Shown here piece by piece: positions 50,904 to 64,000 of a stretch of DNA of 64,000 bases. The first letter of the stretch is position 1, and the number at the start of each line of letters is the position of its first letter. The stretch spans positions 36,206,842-36,270,841 of the forward strand of contig NC_068981.1 in the NCBI RefSeq assembly GCF_001194135.2, given 5' to 3'. Source of the DNA: Octopus bimaculoides. Its lineage: Eukaryota. The notes under the pieces were generated by a model, which was given only the letters and a program-made list of their open reading frames with translations, searched no databases and was not told where the DNA came from. The translations under genes and the position numbers were made by a program.

Positions 50904-52354
50904 GTGTATGTGTAAGGAACATAGAAATGTAGTCAGTATTAATACTTATATGCTGACATGTCTTTTTTCTGTAACAGAGTGTGTGGACTCTGCATTGTAG
51001 CCTATCTGAACTTATGAAGATTGTCAGCTAATCACATTGTAGATAGGAGAGAAATGCATCTACTACACCCATACCCTTTGGTAACATGTCACACTTTTTG
51101 GGAAAATCTTTTGGACTAGATGTATATATGTATGTATGTATCAGAGAAAGGAAAAAATAAATTGTCAATATTTTTTTAAAGAATATAGCATCAAGAATGC
51201 ATTAGAGTGGTATAATATAGAGTATGGAACATAAAGTATATGAAATATATATGAAGAAAACGATTCCAATTATTAGTGGCTGTAATCTACTTTCAGAACC
51301 CTTAAGAAATCCCTTCAGAGTAGTTGAATCTTTGTTTTATTTTTCCCCTTTTTTAATGATATTCTTGGGCCACTCATTAACTTCAGTTGACACACACTGC
51401 TCCCTGAACCAGGAGAGGCCACTTAAGTTAATTTTTGTTCAATTATTACTTTCATTTTTATATTCTTATCTTATTTTTACATGCTTTCTTGTTGACCAGA
51501 GTTGAACATAATGGTGTTGACTGACAGGGGCAGAGGTAGACAATAGATTCAACAACATCTCATAGGGCCAAGTAAATGTTTTTAGTCTCCTTCAGCATTA
51601 TGAATAATTTAGCTCATATCTTCACCAATTAGTAAACTGTTATGAATTAATCCTTGTTATTTTTACATTGGGTTTTTATCTATTTTTGTTTTTAATATTT
51701 GTTTCTCTTCAATTTACAATGCTTCTTATTGTATTTATTTATTGTTTTTCTTTCATAGTCTAGGACACATTTACCTCTTCTAATACCTTATCTGTCATCT
51801 CCACAGTCATTTTCTACTTTCTCTTCTTGTCCCATCTACTCCCCTTCTATCTTCCTTTATCCATCTCTTTTTCAAGATACTTTGCAATTCTCTTTCTTTT
51901 CCTTACTTTTCTATTTCTTCTGTTTGGAAGAGTCTCTGAGATAAAGTAGTTTTCGTCAACATTCTCCAGCATTATTATTCTTCATCTTTCCCATCAATCT
52001 TACATGTTATTATTCACTCCTCCTTTATCTGTCTCGCTGTGTGTTTCTCTCTACCTCCTGACTTCACATTCTTAAAATCTCTACATCTATATTTTTGCTC
52101 TTTTATTTTATCCCTCATACTCTTGCATTTTGTTTAAGCATGGTTTCTACAGATTAATCATATTATTGTATATTCATTATTTCCTTAGCATAACTTTTAT
52201 TTTGCTCAAATTTGTCAAATCTACATTAGAGAGTGTGTTCAGTACAGTTTATTGTTAGTTCTATGCTACCTTCTTGAAAGGAGAAGCAATAAGTGTTGAA
52301 ACTAGTAACTACACTATCAGTCATGTGACTTACTAAACATATTTTAGAATATCG

Positions 52355-52600
52355 TCATCATCATTGTTTTAACAGTCACTTTTTCATTCTTACATCAGTC
52401 AGGTGGAATTTGAGATGGATTTTCTACAGCTGGATGCCTTTCCTGTTGTCAACCCTTCTTCATTCATAAGCAAGGTAATATTTCCCCATGGCTAGACATG
52501 TTTCAAAGAATAATTTATAGGATGACATCACTCATTTACAACTATTACTTGATGTCAAAACAAGGAGGGACAAACACACTCACATACACATGCAAGATGG
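52355..52600 (-). mobile_element. RTE-tailed SINE, second subfamily
   Basis: TTTTCTACAGCTGGATGCC..GCAAGGTAATATTTCCCCATGG..CATTTACAACTATTAC. Confidence 0.65.
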
Positions 52601-52614
52601 GCTTTAAAAGTTTA

Positions 52615-52790
52615 ATTGGTGAATTGGTTAAGTCATTAGAACATACAACAAAATGCTTTGAAATGTTCTAGCCCACTGCACTCTGAGTTCAAATTCTATA
52701 AAAGTCGACTTTGCCTTTCATTCTTTCACAGATGATAAAATTCCAGTCTGAAACAAAGAATTGGTGAAACTGTTAGAACATTAGATGAAA
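52615..52790 (+). mobile_element. Fragments of the same tRNA-derived SINE family
   Basis: CTGAGTTCAAATTCTATAAAAGTCGACTTTGCCTTTCATTC. Confidence 0.65.
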
Positions 52791-55700
52791 TGATGTTTTC
52801 TTGGTTGGTAAACTTAATCAATTGCCCAGTTTAACAAAACCACTTGGTCCTTAGGTGCCTTTTTGGGTCAAGTCTGTGGTTTGTTAATAACCTCTCCTCT
52901 TCCTCCTACTAGTCTCAAAGGCTCTGAAAGATAAAGTGGTATAGGTTCTATCCTTTCTTTCAGTAATTAGTTAAAAATCATAAACCTGACCAATGTAATT
53001 TAACCATTTTGTTATATTTTTGATGAAATATACAGTCTTTGTTTCAATCAATTTTGAAAATGAAAGTTTCTTAAGTTTGGAACATGAATTAGCATGAAAT
53101 TTTGATGGGTGATTTTAATTATGATCATATTTAAAGCAAAAGTTTGTATCATAGAACCAAGTGTGGTCTCAAGCTGGTTGGTTATAAAACAGTTAAACAT
53201 TGACTATGTTCTTACTGAACAATTTAAGATTATGCTTCACTTTCATTTGTTAGATGACACTTCTGGGAAGTTAACCACAATGTTTATGAATTTTTATTTT
53301 GAAATATGTTGTATTTTTCACACCTGCACATGCAAAATATATATCTGCTTAGTGATTCTCATATCTTCCTCAGAAAGTACGGTGAAGTATAAATCAGGCT
53401 GAGGAGGATTAATAAGACTGAATAATTGTCTGGATTGTCTCCTCACCTTGCTGAATTGATTAAATATTAGTTGCTAGGCTACTATTGTCTTTTCTTTACC
53501 ACATAATTATTTCTAATTAGATTTTTTATATTTACTGCATAGATATGCACAGCTAATGTTTTAGCTGAATGTTGACATATCTTGTCATAAACACTTCATT
53601 GTGTCAATATCCAAGAAACTCAAATCACAAATGGTTTGGTACCTGCTAGCTGAGAGTAGGTTCCACAGGTTGTGAATAATTCACCATTCTAAGCAGTGGT
53701 GGCATGCATATTGCTGTTTAGCTCTAAGCAGACCTGATTGAGCAAACCTATGAAAGGTACTCTAGCCATGACTATTCCAACTTTTATTTCAGACATTGTG
53801 TATCTAGGACTAAGTTATCCAATGTGTCTTTTCCATTTTTTAAAGATAGAGAGTAATTTGAGTGATATTTGATTGCTATATCCAGCAAGCTGAGCAGCCA
53901 CATACAGGCTTATCATATTAGCTCAAGAGGCAGTGTTGTAACATTGACAAGAGCCTAGTTCAATTTTTGCTGTGTCTTTAGAGAGTCATGATGCTGATAA
54001 CAATAGAAACACACACTGCTTCAATATCACTTCTTTTAGTTAGCCAATTGGTTAAATATCTAATCAACTAACTAATTGATCATTTGTTTAATGTGTTGAT
54101 TAAACAATCAATTGGTTGTTGGTTTGTCAGTCCTTTCATTGTTATTCATGGTCACTTCTATGAGATGCCCTCTCTCTTCAAGGTTTGCCTTGAGATTTGT
54201 TTCAGCACATGAATTTACATCAAGAATCTTGCAAACCAAATACAAAAATGAAGTTAATTCAATTTCTTTTATGCGTACAGCTTGAAGAATTACATAAAAA
54301 AGTTAAATCTTCAATAGTGCCTACCACCATAATGCCACAAAGAACTACCCACATTTATCAAGCTGGCACCTTATCAACCATTTTTGATTTCCAAATCCCA
54401 TATGACACTTTGTTAATTATTCTGTTTACCTAATATTTTGTATCTGTCTTGCTTTAGCTAGCAAAACGTGACCCATGCTGCAACAAATTTAAACCGTTCT
54501 ATAAATTATAGAAGGACATCTTTCACAACTGAACAATTCTTCTAAACACTAGCTAATCAACCATGAAAGTGTTATTAGTGTCTATTTTCAGCTTGTTATG
54601 AAGTTGAGGCCAAGAAAAATGTAGCTTGCCTTCCTCAAGAGTATTTTCTTCAGTGTCTCATACATTCTGTTATTGCACTCCTGGGACAATTCCAGAGAAA
54701 TGATTTATCATTAGTTTCTATAATTGCTCTTCATATCCCTGCTGCTCAATAAGGACTTAGATTCTTTACTTCTTACAAAATGTCATTAATATCATTTGGT
54801 TTTAGCTACCAGTTTACATTAGATGGTAATTTTTCATTTTTCTTTTTATTTTGTGGTACATAGTTATGCCTTTAATTATTTCTCTTGCACTCTTGGTGCT
54901 ATAATAAAACACAATCTGTCTCATTTTTGTTAATGATATAGCCGGCACAGAGCTGGACAACAAGCTGTTAAACTCTTATTAAGTGGTATGTATGGTATGT
55001 ATATATGTGTATATAGTACATTTGTGTGTGTGTGAGTGTGTGTCACAAATACACCCAGCTAAACATAGGTATGCATACACACACACATATATAAAGAGCT
55101 AGGTGTAAGTCCGTTAATCTGTTAATTGTTAATTAACAAAGTTAACATTTATAAGTTAAATCTGTTAATCGTTAATTAATGAAGTTGACATTTTAAAGTT
55201 AATTTTGAAAATCATTATCGGACTAATTAACTTCCATTACATTTAACTTCTGTTAACTCAAGTCCATTAACCCCAAAATTTCATAAAAACTGGTAAACGT
55301 TTAAAAGTTTCTATTGTTTTCAGATTGTCTTAGTATATTTAATAATTGTATGCATCATTTTAGGTGGGGTTTTTTTCTTACACACACATAACATGGCCTC
55401 GCTTGGTTGGGACTACATGTGTGTTACTTTGACATCGTCATTCCATAAAATTTGTTTATGGGGAGAAAAATATTGAAAATATTAATTGATGTGTGAGTGA
55501 GAAAGAAACGAAGAGGGAGGTTTTGGGAATGTGCNNNNNNNNNNNNNNNNNNNNNNNNNNNNNNNNNNNNNNNNNNNNNNNNNNNNNNNNNNNNNNNNNN
55601 NNNNNNNNNNNNNNNNNNNNNNNNNNNNNNNCTCTCATAGGCTTTAAGTGTGTAGTGTAAAAAAAAAAATGGCTAAAATCGTTTCAAAATAGGGTGGTGA

Positions 55701-56175
55701 GGAGGTGGCAGGATTGAGAAAAAATTTTCAAAATTTTTTCTGTTTTTTTCGTGAAAAGATTCCTTTCATCATTCGGAAGACTTTGGTGAAAAACATTGGG
55801 AAAAATAGAAATTCCAACTTATGTGGGCCATCTGATCCAAAACTCCATTTCCCAGAAACTCCTTGCCCCCATCCCCTTCCAAAAATTTTGCCTAGAAAAT
55901 TCTTTGTAATTGTAATCTACACCATTTGAAAGGTATTTGTATAAAATTTCATTATAAAATACATATTTTCCACAAAGTTATGAGGGGGAAAATGTTGGGT
56001 CCTGTGAATTTTCTGAAACTCCTTTCCCCAATCCCTAGGAAAATTTTTTCCAGCAAATCTTCACATACACTCAGTCTACAGGATATAAGTGATTATCTGA
56101 TGAAAGTTTTGTTAAAAAGTATCTAGATAACACACTATGCCTAGATAACACACTAGAAAAGTTCATACTTTTTGT

Positions 56176-56665
56176 TACCTAGGAGATGTAATTTGTAAGG
56201 GAGGAGGTTGCTCTGAAAGTATAGAAGCTAGAGTAAGAACTGGTTGAAGAGAGTTTAGGAGGTTACTGCCACTGCTAACAACAAAGATCTTTTCTCTGTG
56301 AGTGAAGGGCAGACTGTATATGCTTATGCTAGAACTGCAATGTTGCATTGTAGTGGGCCTTGACTGCAAAGGACCTGAGAAGGCTAGAAAGAAAGGAAAT
56401 GAGTATGCTCCACTGGATGTGCAATGTGAATGTACATGAAAGAATTAGTACAAAGATGCTGAGTGAAAACTGGGCATGAGAGGAATCAATTGTTGAAAGA
56501 AGACTGTGCTAGTATGGACATGTGATGCATACGGAGGAGGACAGTTATATAAAAAAAAGTGCTGATTCCTAAATGAGTGGCTGGAAATTGTGGAAGGGGG
56601 AGAACCAGGAAGATATAAAATGAAGTTGTTAGGGCTGATATGAGGTTCTTGAAACCGAGTCACCA
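56176..56665 (+). mobile_element. Degenerate RTE-clade LINE reverse-transcriptase fragment
   Basis: YLGDVICKGGGCSESIEARVRTG*REFRRLLPLLTTK..VKGRLY..RLERKEMSMLHWMCNVNVHER..YGHV, broken by stops and frameshifts. Confidence 0.85.
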
Positions 56666-57176
56666 AACTGAATTCTGGAAGCACTATGTATTGTTCTCTA
56701 CCCAAGTTACAGTAACTCATCTCCACCTTCCATGCATTAGGACTGCCTCTTCTTCCTGCTCCCAACTTCTGTAGACTGTCGACTATGTTATCCTTCTCTC
56801 TTGTCTACCCTACCCCCTTTCCTCCTACAATGGTATCATATTTACTACCCCTGTTGCTTGCTGCCCCCACCCCACCTCCACTCTCTTTTGCATATCTCTC
56901 TATCTTCCTCAACTCATGGCTCCTTTCTTACCTGCCCTTCAACTCTACCTATTTTGGCAATCTGCCTCTCCATTTCTTCATTCTCTTTCTATACAATCTT
57001 GCAAACCAATTTTCCAACTTACCTCATGCCTTGTGGAGTCACCTAGGCACCTCATCACCGTTATTTATCTCCTGCAGCTTCTAATGTTCCTTTTCTCCTC
57101 TTACATACAGATCCTCTACAAGAAACTGCACTGCCCCCACCTTTCTCATAGTTCAATCCCCTAATCCACTAGCATG

Positions 57177-57310
57177 AAGCTGATCCCTGGCCATGGTTTG
57201 CAATTCTGCAAGCTGCATGGTGACCTCAGTAGTTCAGGTAGCATAAAGAAAGCACTCAGTACTTACTGTAAACTGGTTGGAATTAGAAAGGGCAACCAGC
57301 TATAAAATCA
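57177..57310 (+). mobile_element. Fragment of the RTE-tailed SINE family
   Basis: CTGTAAACTGGTTGGAATTAGAAAGGGCAACCAGCTATAAAA. Confidence 0.6.
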
Positions 57311-57729
57311 AACTGAAAACATAGCTGTTAAATCAATGAAAAACCTTAATTACATACATAGGGCTACAAATCAGCCTGCTAGTGTGCTGAAAATGATTGT
57401 GAGGTGACCAAACTTTTTCTTTTCAAATGTAGATAGATGACACTAAACAATCAAGTAACCACCAGAAACCTTCCTCTTCCTGTTACATGCAAATAGTCAG
57501 GGCAGACCCCATCAGCACTGGCATAATGAAAGGCAGAAATGGAGATAATGAAGAGGTGCTAGAGTGGAGATAAGAAAATTAATTATGAGTACAAGAAGAT
57601 GGTGGGAAGAATCCCCATGGGCAAGGAACACATATACAAATTTTACTGATGGATAATTGTGTTGAAGCTGATGGAGTACTACACATATTGTTGGCTGAGA
57701 AATGTATAAAGGAAACAATTAAAAATGAT

Positions 57730-57987
57730 TCATCATCATCATCATCGTTTAACGTCCGCTTTCCATGCTAGCATGGGTTGGACGGTTTGACTGAGGACTG
57801 GTGAAACCAGATGGCTACACCAGGCTCCAATCTGATTTGGCAGAGTTTCTACAGCTGGATGCCCTTCCTAACGCCAACCACTCAGAGAGTGTAGTGGGTG
57901 CTTTTACATGCCACCAGCACAAAGGCCAGTCAGGTGGTACTGGCAACGGCCACGCTGAAAATGGTGTATTTTATGTGCCACCCACAC
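57730..57987 (-). mobile_element. RTE-3'-related SINE or LINE 3' UTR copy, relatively young
   Basis: Closely matches 25061-25320 by eye; (CAT)n CGTTTAACGTCCGCTTTCCATGC on the plus strand. Confidence 0.9.
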
Positions 57988-57991
57988 GTTC

Positions 57992-58260
57992 ATTAGTATG
58001 AATGAACAACAGAGCACAAAGGAGCTGAGATAAAAACTGAGTATAAAAGGAATCAGTTGTGTACAGAAGAGAAAACAACACTGTTATGGACATGTGGTGT
58101 ATATGAAAGTTGGGTAAAGAAGTGCTAAGTGATCCAAGTGGAAAAAAAAAACCTGTGGAAGAGGGAGACTAAGACATGAGAAGTGGTGGTGAAAGACAAT
58201 TTCAGGAAGCTGAACCTCATGTAGGAAATGATTAGTGATTGTAACACGCGGTGAAACTTT
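57992..58260 (+). mobile_element. Highly degenerate RTE LINE fragment (RT C-terminus)
   Basis: STKELR*KLSIKGIS..WVKKC..TCGRGRL.. parallels the 25061-25921 and 56176 copies. Confidence 0.65.
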
Positions 58261-59947
58261 ATTGGTAAAGACCTAAGCAAGGATGGGAAAATGGACATAA
58301 AATATATTTTCCCCATAACATTAGAATTTAAAACCAGTTTTCCAAGGAAATTTTTATTTGCTTATGAGGTAGTTCTTATAGCTAACCTGTTGAAGAATTA
58401 GAGAATTTCCAAATATGGAAGCAAAGCCTAGAGTCAATCATAAAATAAACCCACTAAAGGCATACACATGCACACACACAAGCACATGCACACACACAGA
58501 TGCACAGGCATACACACATATATCTATGGAATGATGATGATGAGGATGGTGAAGAGGAAAGTAATGAAGAAAAGAAGTAGACATAGACAGTCATGTATAT
58601 AAATATAAATGCAGGTAGTTAGGACTGGTACAACTGTCTACTTCTTTATATTTTCCTTGTTTTTCTCATGTTCCTAATCTTTATCCCTCTGCTATCACTT
58701 AATCTACTACTATATCACACATTATATTTATTTTCCTTTTTTGTTTCGGTCTCTTCACATTTATTCTCTATTCTTTCTTTTTACTCTTCCTTTCCAACTT
58801 GTATGCATCCTCACTATTTTTACCTTTGTTTCTTCATAAATTTCCAACCCTTCACTTCTCACATGTATTTCTTTCATTTCATTTCCCGACCATTTTCTTC
58901 TTTTTCCTTTCTTTAACCCCCTCCCTGCAATTTCTGCTACCTTTCTCTGCTTCTCCCATTCTCACTTCACCAACCGGAACTTCTTTGGTTATATCTCTGA
59001 TCTGTCCCTACCTCCTAATCATGCAAATCTCTTCTTTAGTTTCTCAGCCTTTTTGATTAATCAATCCTTTTCATGTTCAAGGTGAAAAAAAAAGATAAAA
59101 ATCAAGAATGAAAGAAACTAGAAAATGGTTGAAAGGAACTGAGAGATAAAAAAAATAAATGTATGAAAAACAGGTGTAGTAGCATTGAATTTGTCTTTAT
59201 TGATCTCAGCTGAAAAGTCAAAAGTCATGTCGATGATATTTGCATAATGATGATGTTGATGGTTATAACGGAATATTCTAAAAGTGGAAAAAAAGAAACA
59301 AAAAGAAAACATCAGATATTTATAAAGAATCAGTATGAGAGTAATTTGTAATTTTTTCCAAAAATTATAAGAGAAATTGAATGGAATTATTAGGCATAAA
59401 CATCACAAATTCCTATTTCCTATTTTTCTGACAAACCTGTGGCTTTCTGCTTATGAATTGGGAAATCATTATATATTCCAGATTATAACAGATACCATAT
59501 GTGAAGGGGGTGAAATTCTGAACATCAAGATCATAATCTGGTTTTAATTTTTATTCTGAAATGCTTTTTCTAACATTGTTAAAGCTTATGAAAAAGTCAT
59601 GAATGCAACAGCTTCCCAATTCTTATATGAATATTTTATCTTAAGTAAAAATAAATTATTATAGATGCCTTATAGTTGCAAGAGGAACAGTGAAATGACA
59701 AGTTCTTCACATAAAAGTAATTTCAAATGTTTATATGAAAAAATTTACTTTCTTACCATAAAAAGCCATATAAAGCACACAATTCATATATAGTATGGAT
59801 CTCAATGTTTGTGCTTGTCTTAAGACCTGTAATACCTTACATAACCTGCAGTGTTGTACAAGTGCTTCATGAGTAGATAATCTACTGCAATCCAATGTAT
59901 TAGTTTTTAATATTTCATTTTATATAAAAGGAATTGATATATAATTG

Positions 59948-60160
59948 TTCCTAGCTTAAGCCTATGACAGCAGTTTTGAGGGGAGGGGTATGATTAATAC
60001 TATTGACCTCAGTACTTGACTTGTACTTCATTTTATTGATACTAAAAGGATGGAAAGCAAAATCGATCTTGATGGGATTAGAACTCAGAATATGGAGAGC
60101 CAAAAGAAATACTGCAATACTTTTTTTTCTAGTGCTCTAATGATTTTGCCAACTTGCTAT
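59948..60160 (-). mobile_element. Same tRNA-derived SINE family, degenerate
   Basis: Reverse complement contains GTTGGCAAAATCATTAGAGCAC..GAGTTCTAATCCC..CTTTCCATCC..AGTACAAG. Confidence 0.7.
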
Positions 60161-60589
60161 CATAAATTGTTATATAATAGAAACAACATAATCAACAACA
60201 AAAATTTGCATTATTGTTTTGTTTTTTTTTCACTGTGAAAGTGGGTGAAGTAAAATTTTACAGTCTAATATCATGATTTATACGGACCCCTAATTTTAAT
60301 CATAATTTTGGTGAAAAAAGTGTACTGAATACATAGCTTCATGATACTTTGCATTTGTTTTTACTATCAATCAAATTTTTTTGGCAGTCAACTAAAAGCT
60401 CCTTGAAGACTAACTCAGCATGCTCGATGCAAACCAATGAGAAAATCTATGTGAATGAGCCTCAACATGGTTACTGAACATGTAAGAAATGTTATAATAT
60501 ACCATTCTTAATACCTGTTTGAGGATATGGGACTCAAAACAGCCTATGAAGAGATTGGCATAACAAAGGCCTATCTTAGTGACCGTGGT

Positions 60590-60720
60590 TACCCTGTTAG
60601 TTTCTTTGGAGAATTCACCAGAGAAGGAGTAACAAGAGGAGTTGAAAACAAATTCAGCTAAGTGGAGAAGTGTGACAGTACTAGGTTCATGTAAAGAACA
60701 AAGGTCAAAGAAATATTTAA
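60590..60720 (+). mobile_element. Possible very old RTE-like RT remnant
   Basis: FTREGVTRGVENK, then AKWRSVTVL in another frame, resembling the RTE motif E..RI..AW.KWR. Weak. Confidence 0.35.
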
Positions 60721-62595
60721 GAGCTAAGAGCCTGTTGTGAGTGATGACAGTGCATAGGCATTTTATAAGAATTATGAAGATCCAGAAGAAAATGAAGTTT
60801 ATTCAGTAGTATCCTTGGTATGTGAAGAAAGGATCAAAACAAATGGTAACATGAGTTTATCAGGGTAGTTAGAGTGGAGTTCAGATACTTTTACAAACAG
60901 AAACAATGGGGTGGCCAGAATGGTTGAGTTTGCACAGCTTATGTAGAAAAAAGATAGCAGATATATGTGTTGATGGGGTTAGTAGTAGCAATGAAAGGAG
61001 ATGCAGAGGAACAGAATATATTCTTGAACAACTGCTGACATTTCCTCTCCCCCAATGTAAGTTTTTGTTCAAAACATCCTTCACTTTTTCCTCATTGTAT
61101 AAAATATATTTGAATTGTTTGACTTATTTAAATTTAAGTTTCTGGACAAATTGTGATGAGATAACATAAGAATTTGCTTTCATAATATTACTGAAAATAA
61201 ATATTTTGTGAATTTTTTTTAGACTATTATACTATATGATGCTTTTAGAAAAATTGTTTTGCCATGTTTTTGTGAAGAGTAGAGACATTGTGTAAAGCTT
61301 GGTCTTCATAAAATATGTCTAAGATAAATCAGTCTGCAGTAGACTATCGTCTTCAAATCTATTAATCAAAACCAAATTCAAAGGTATAGAGCTTACAACA
61401 TTTTGTATTGGGGAAAAGCTGTAATGTTCAGGACTTCACCCATGTCCTTAATAGCATGAATAAATTGAAAGTGCTCTCAGTTGGGATAATAAAATTGAGA
61501 ACATACATCCAACTTGCCAGAAAATCTTACTACTGTGCCTGACCATATCACATGCATGATGAACTTGTTATCATCACCAGTGCTGCTACTGCTGCTGTTA
61601 CAATGACTGTGACAAAGCTGCTCCCGCTGATGATGTCAATCACCACCATCATCATCATCACTGTTTTACATGTGCTTTTCCATACTAGTAAGGGTTGGTC
61701 GAGTTTTCTGAGATAATGTTTCATGGTCAGATGCCGTTCCCATCACCAATACTTTTAATTACCCCTTACATCATTTAGGAACAGAGTGTACCTATAGGAA
61801 ATCTGTAATACACATGGTATTTATCCAATACAAATCTATTACTGCTTAAATATTATTTTCTCAGAAGATAAGCTTTTATCAAATGACAAGATATTGCTTC
61901 AGTAAAAATTCCCACACATAATAAACCTATTGTAATAATGATGCCACAGAAAATATATGAACATTTGGTTGTTTTCAATGTGTTCTGATCACTAATGATA
62001 GTTAGTGCTTGACTACAACCTTCATGTTTTTCTATGAAACAAAGTAAAATTAAGGGTCAGTCTTCAGAAAAGCAGGTCATTTTCAATAAAGCCTTTCATT
62101 AAGGAGACATTTCCTTGCTGTTTTTAAAAATTTCTCCTGGAAATCAGTGACAATATCAAGCTTTGATGTTCAGAATTTCCTCAGAACTCTCTTTCTTCAA
62201 AAAACAGCCTGACTAGTCCATTTTTACTTCATTATTCAATTTATTTCTTCCTTCTTATTTTTGTCATCTTCCACTATCACTTTCAATATTTCTTCCTCCT
62301 TCACATCCTCTTTCTTGTTTAGTTTTCTTTCTCTCACATTCTTTAATTTCAGTTCTTCCCTCTCCTTTTTGATTATCCCTTCTCACTTCCTCCAATTTTC
62401 ATTCTACTTTCCTGTATCTCTTTTTCTTCTGTCACTTTCTCTTAATTATTTTTTACCTCCTGAAATCCTCCTCAACATCTATCTTTGTGTGTACATGTGT
62501 GTGCATGCATGTGTTTGTGTATAGGTGTGTCTATGTGTGTGCACGCATGTGTGTATGTGTGTGTTTGTGTGTGCACGCATGTGTGTGTGCACGCA

Positions 62596-62689
<94 letters not shown>

Positions 62690-62974
62690 TGTGTATCATT
62701 TTTATTATCACCCCCCACTTCTTCTCATCCCCCATCCCCAATCAATTTTCTCTCTCTACTAAACTTGTCAGTTTATACTCTTTCTATTCCACCAACCTCT
62801 CATTATCTTCATTTTTATATGCACACACACACACACAACCTTGTCTTACATGCACACATAGCCTCTCAGTCTGTCTCTCTCTCTCACACACACACTCTCT
62901 CTAACACATAGAAAATAACTCACATGAACAGCATTTCATTAATTCTCTATCTTCTTTTCTCTCTCTCTGCCCCT

Positions 62975-63015
<41 letters not shown>

Positions 63016-63774
63016 TTCATACAAATATACATACATTTTTGCATGCCTATTCCACAACCCAAAATACTCAACTTCTCCTTAAAGCACACATTCCCTCTCC
63101 TTACTTCTCTCCTTCCTTACATACATAACAGCTTTCCCAGCATCTCATTTCAACAACATAAGGCACCTGTCATTCTACATCATTTTTACCTTACTGCTAC
63201 ACTCCCTCCCTTGCTATCATTCATCCAAGAGTCTCCACAGAAAATATGGTCAATCTTTTCTCCTGCAACTTCACAGTTCTCTTCTTTGGAACTCATCGAT
63301 TCTATCTCTCTGTTACACAACCCTCACTCATACATAGTAAACAGATGGAAATCCGTAGGGAACAAATAAGCCACACCCAAAGTGGAACCAACACTTTCCT
63401 TCTTTCCTCCCCTTCCTATCTCCCTATCTCTAATTTTCTTCTCTTTCCTTCTCTTTCGCTCCAAATATCATACTACGCATAGAGTAGCCCTAAAGTGCTT
63501 TGTGCCTAGATTCTGTACAACACAAAAACAAATCACTTACTAAATTGAACAAATGTTTTAAATATCTGTATACATCCATATTCCTAAATTCACACGCACG
63601 CACATACATATATATATATGTATGCATATATCTATATAAATATATATGTGTGGATATACATGAACATACATATGTATGCATATACACACATATATATGCA
63701 TATATATATATATACATACACATTTATAATATATATATATTTAGAGATAGATTAGATAAACAGACAGATAGATA

Positions 63775-63840
63775 TATAAAGGCAGTGCTCCAGCATGGAC
63801 GCAATCAGATAACTTAAACAAATAACAGAATAAAAGAATA

Positions 63841-63896
<56 letters not shown>

Positions 63897-64000
63897 GGTG
63901 TGTTATTTCTTTACTACCCACAAGGGGCTACACACAGAGGGGAGAAACAATGACAGACAAACGGATTAAGTCGATTATATCGACCCCAAAGCCTAGTACT
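63775..64000. mobile_element. CORE-type SINE 3' end (plus) followed by a SINE 3' part (minus) running off the window edge
   Basis: AAGGCAGTGCTCCAGCATGG..; after the microsatellite, ..GTCGATTATATCGACCCC..CTAGTACT. Confidence 0.7.

Noticed and set aside
57730-58260. Back-to-back RTE pieces suggesting a twin-priming 5' inversion
   Set aside because: The minus piece looks young and the plus piece heavily decayed, so independent insertions are more likely.

Overview
AT-rich, CpG-poor eukaryotic DNA with nine assembly gaps and dense (TA)n/(CA)n/(AAT)n/(GAT)n microsatellites. The repeat families look like those of an octopus or other coleoid cephalopod (inference from recalled SINE/RTE sequences, not searched). 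No protein-coding gene can be identified with confidence; the window reads as intronic or intergenic, and most ORF-track entries are microsatellite or gap artefacts. Well-supported content is transposon-derived: a 5'-truncated R4/Dong-clade LINE inside a (TAA)n tract, several RTE-clade LINE fragments, at least four tRNA- or RTE-related SINE families (often in head-to-tail arrays), hAT/Charlie-type MITEs with 8-bp TSDs, and Penelope-like termini. The leads most worth checking are a minimal hammerhead-ribozyme motif (48612-48648), a ~530-bp foldback element beside it, a pre-miRNA-like hairpin (38223-38287), a candidate recursive splice site or 5-nt microexon (minus, 13383-13410) and a symmetric poly-Ala exon candidate (plus, 19651-19809). 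No novel system is demonstrable from the sequence alone; these leads are hypotheses.
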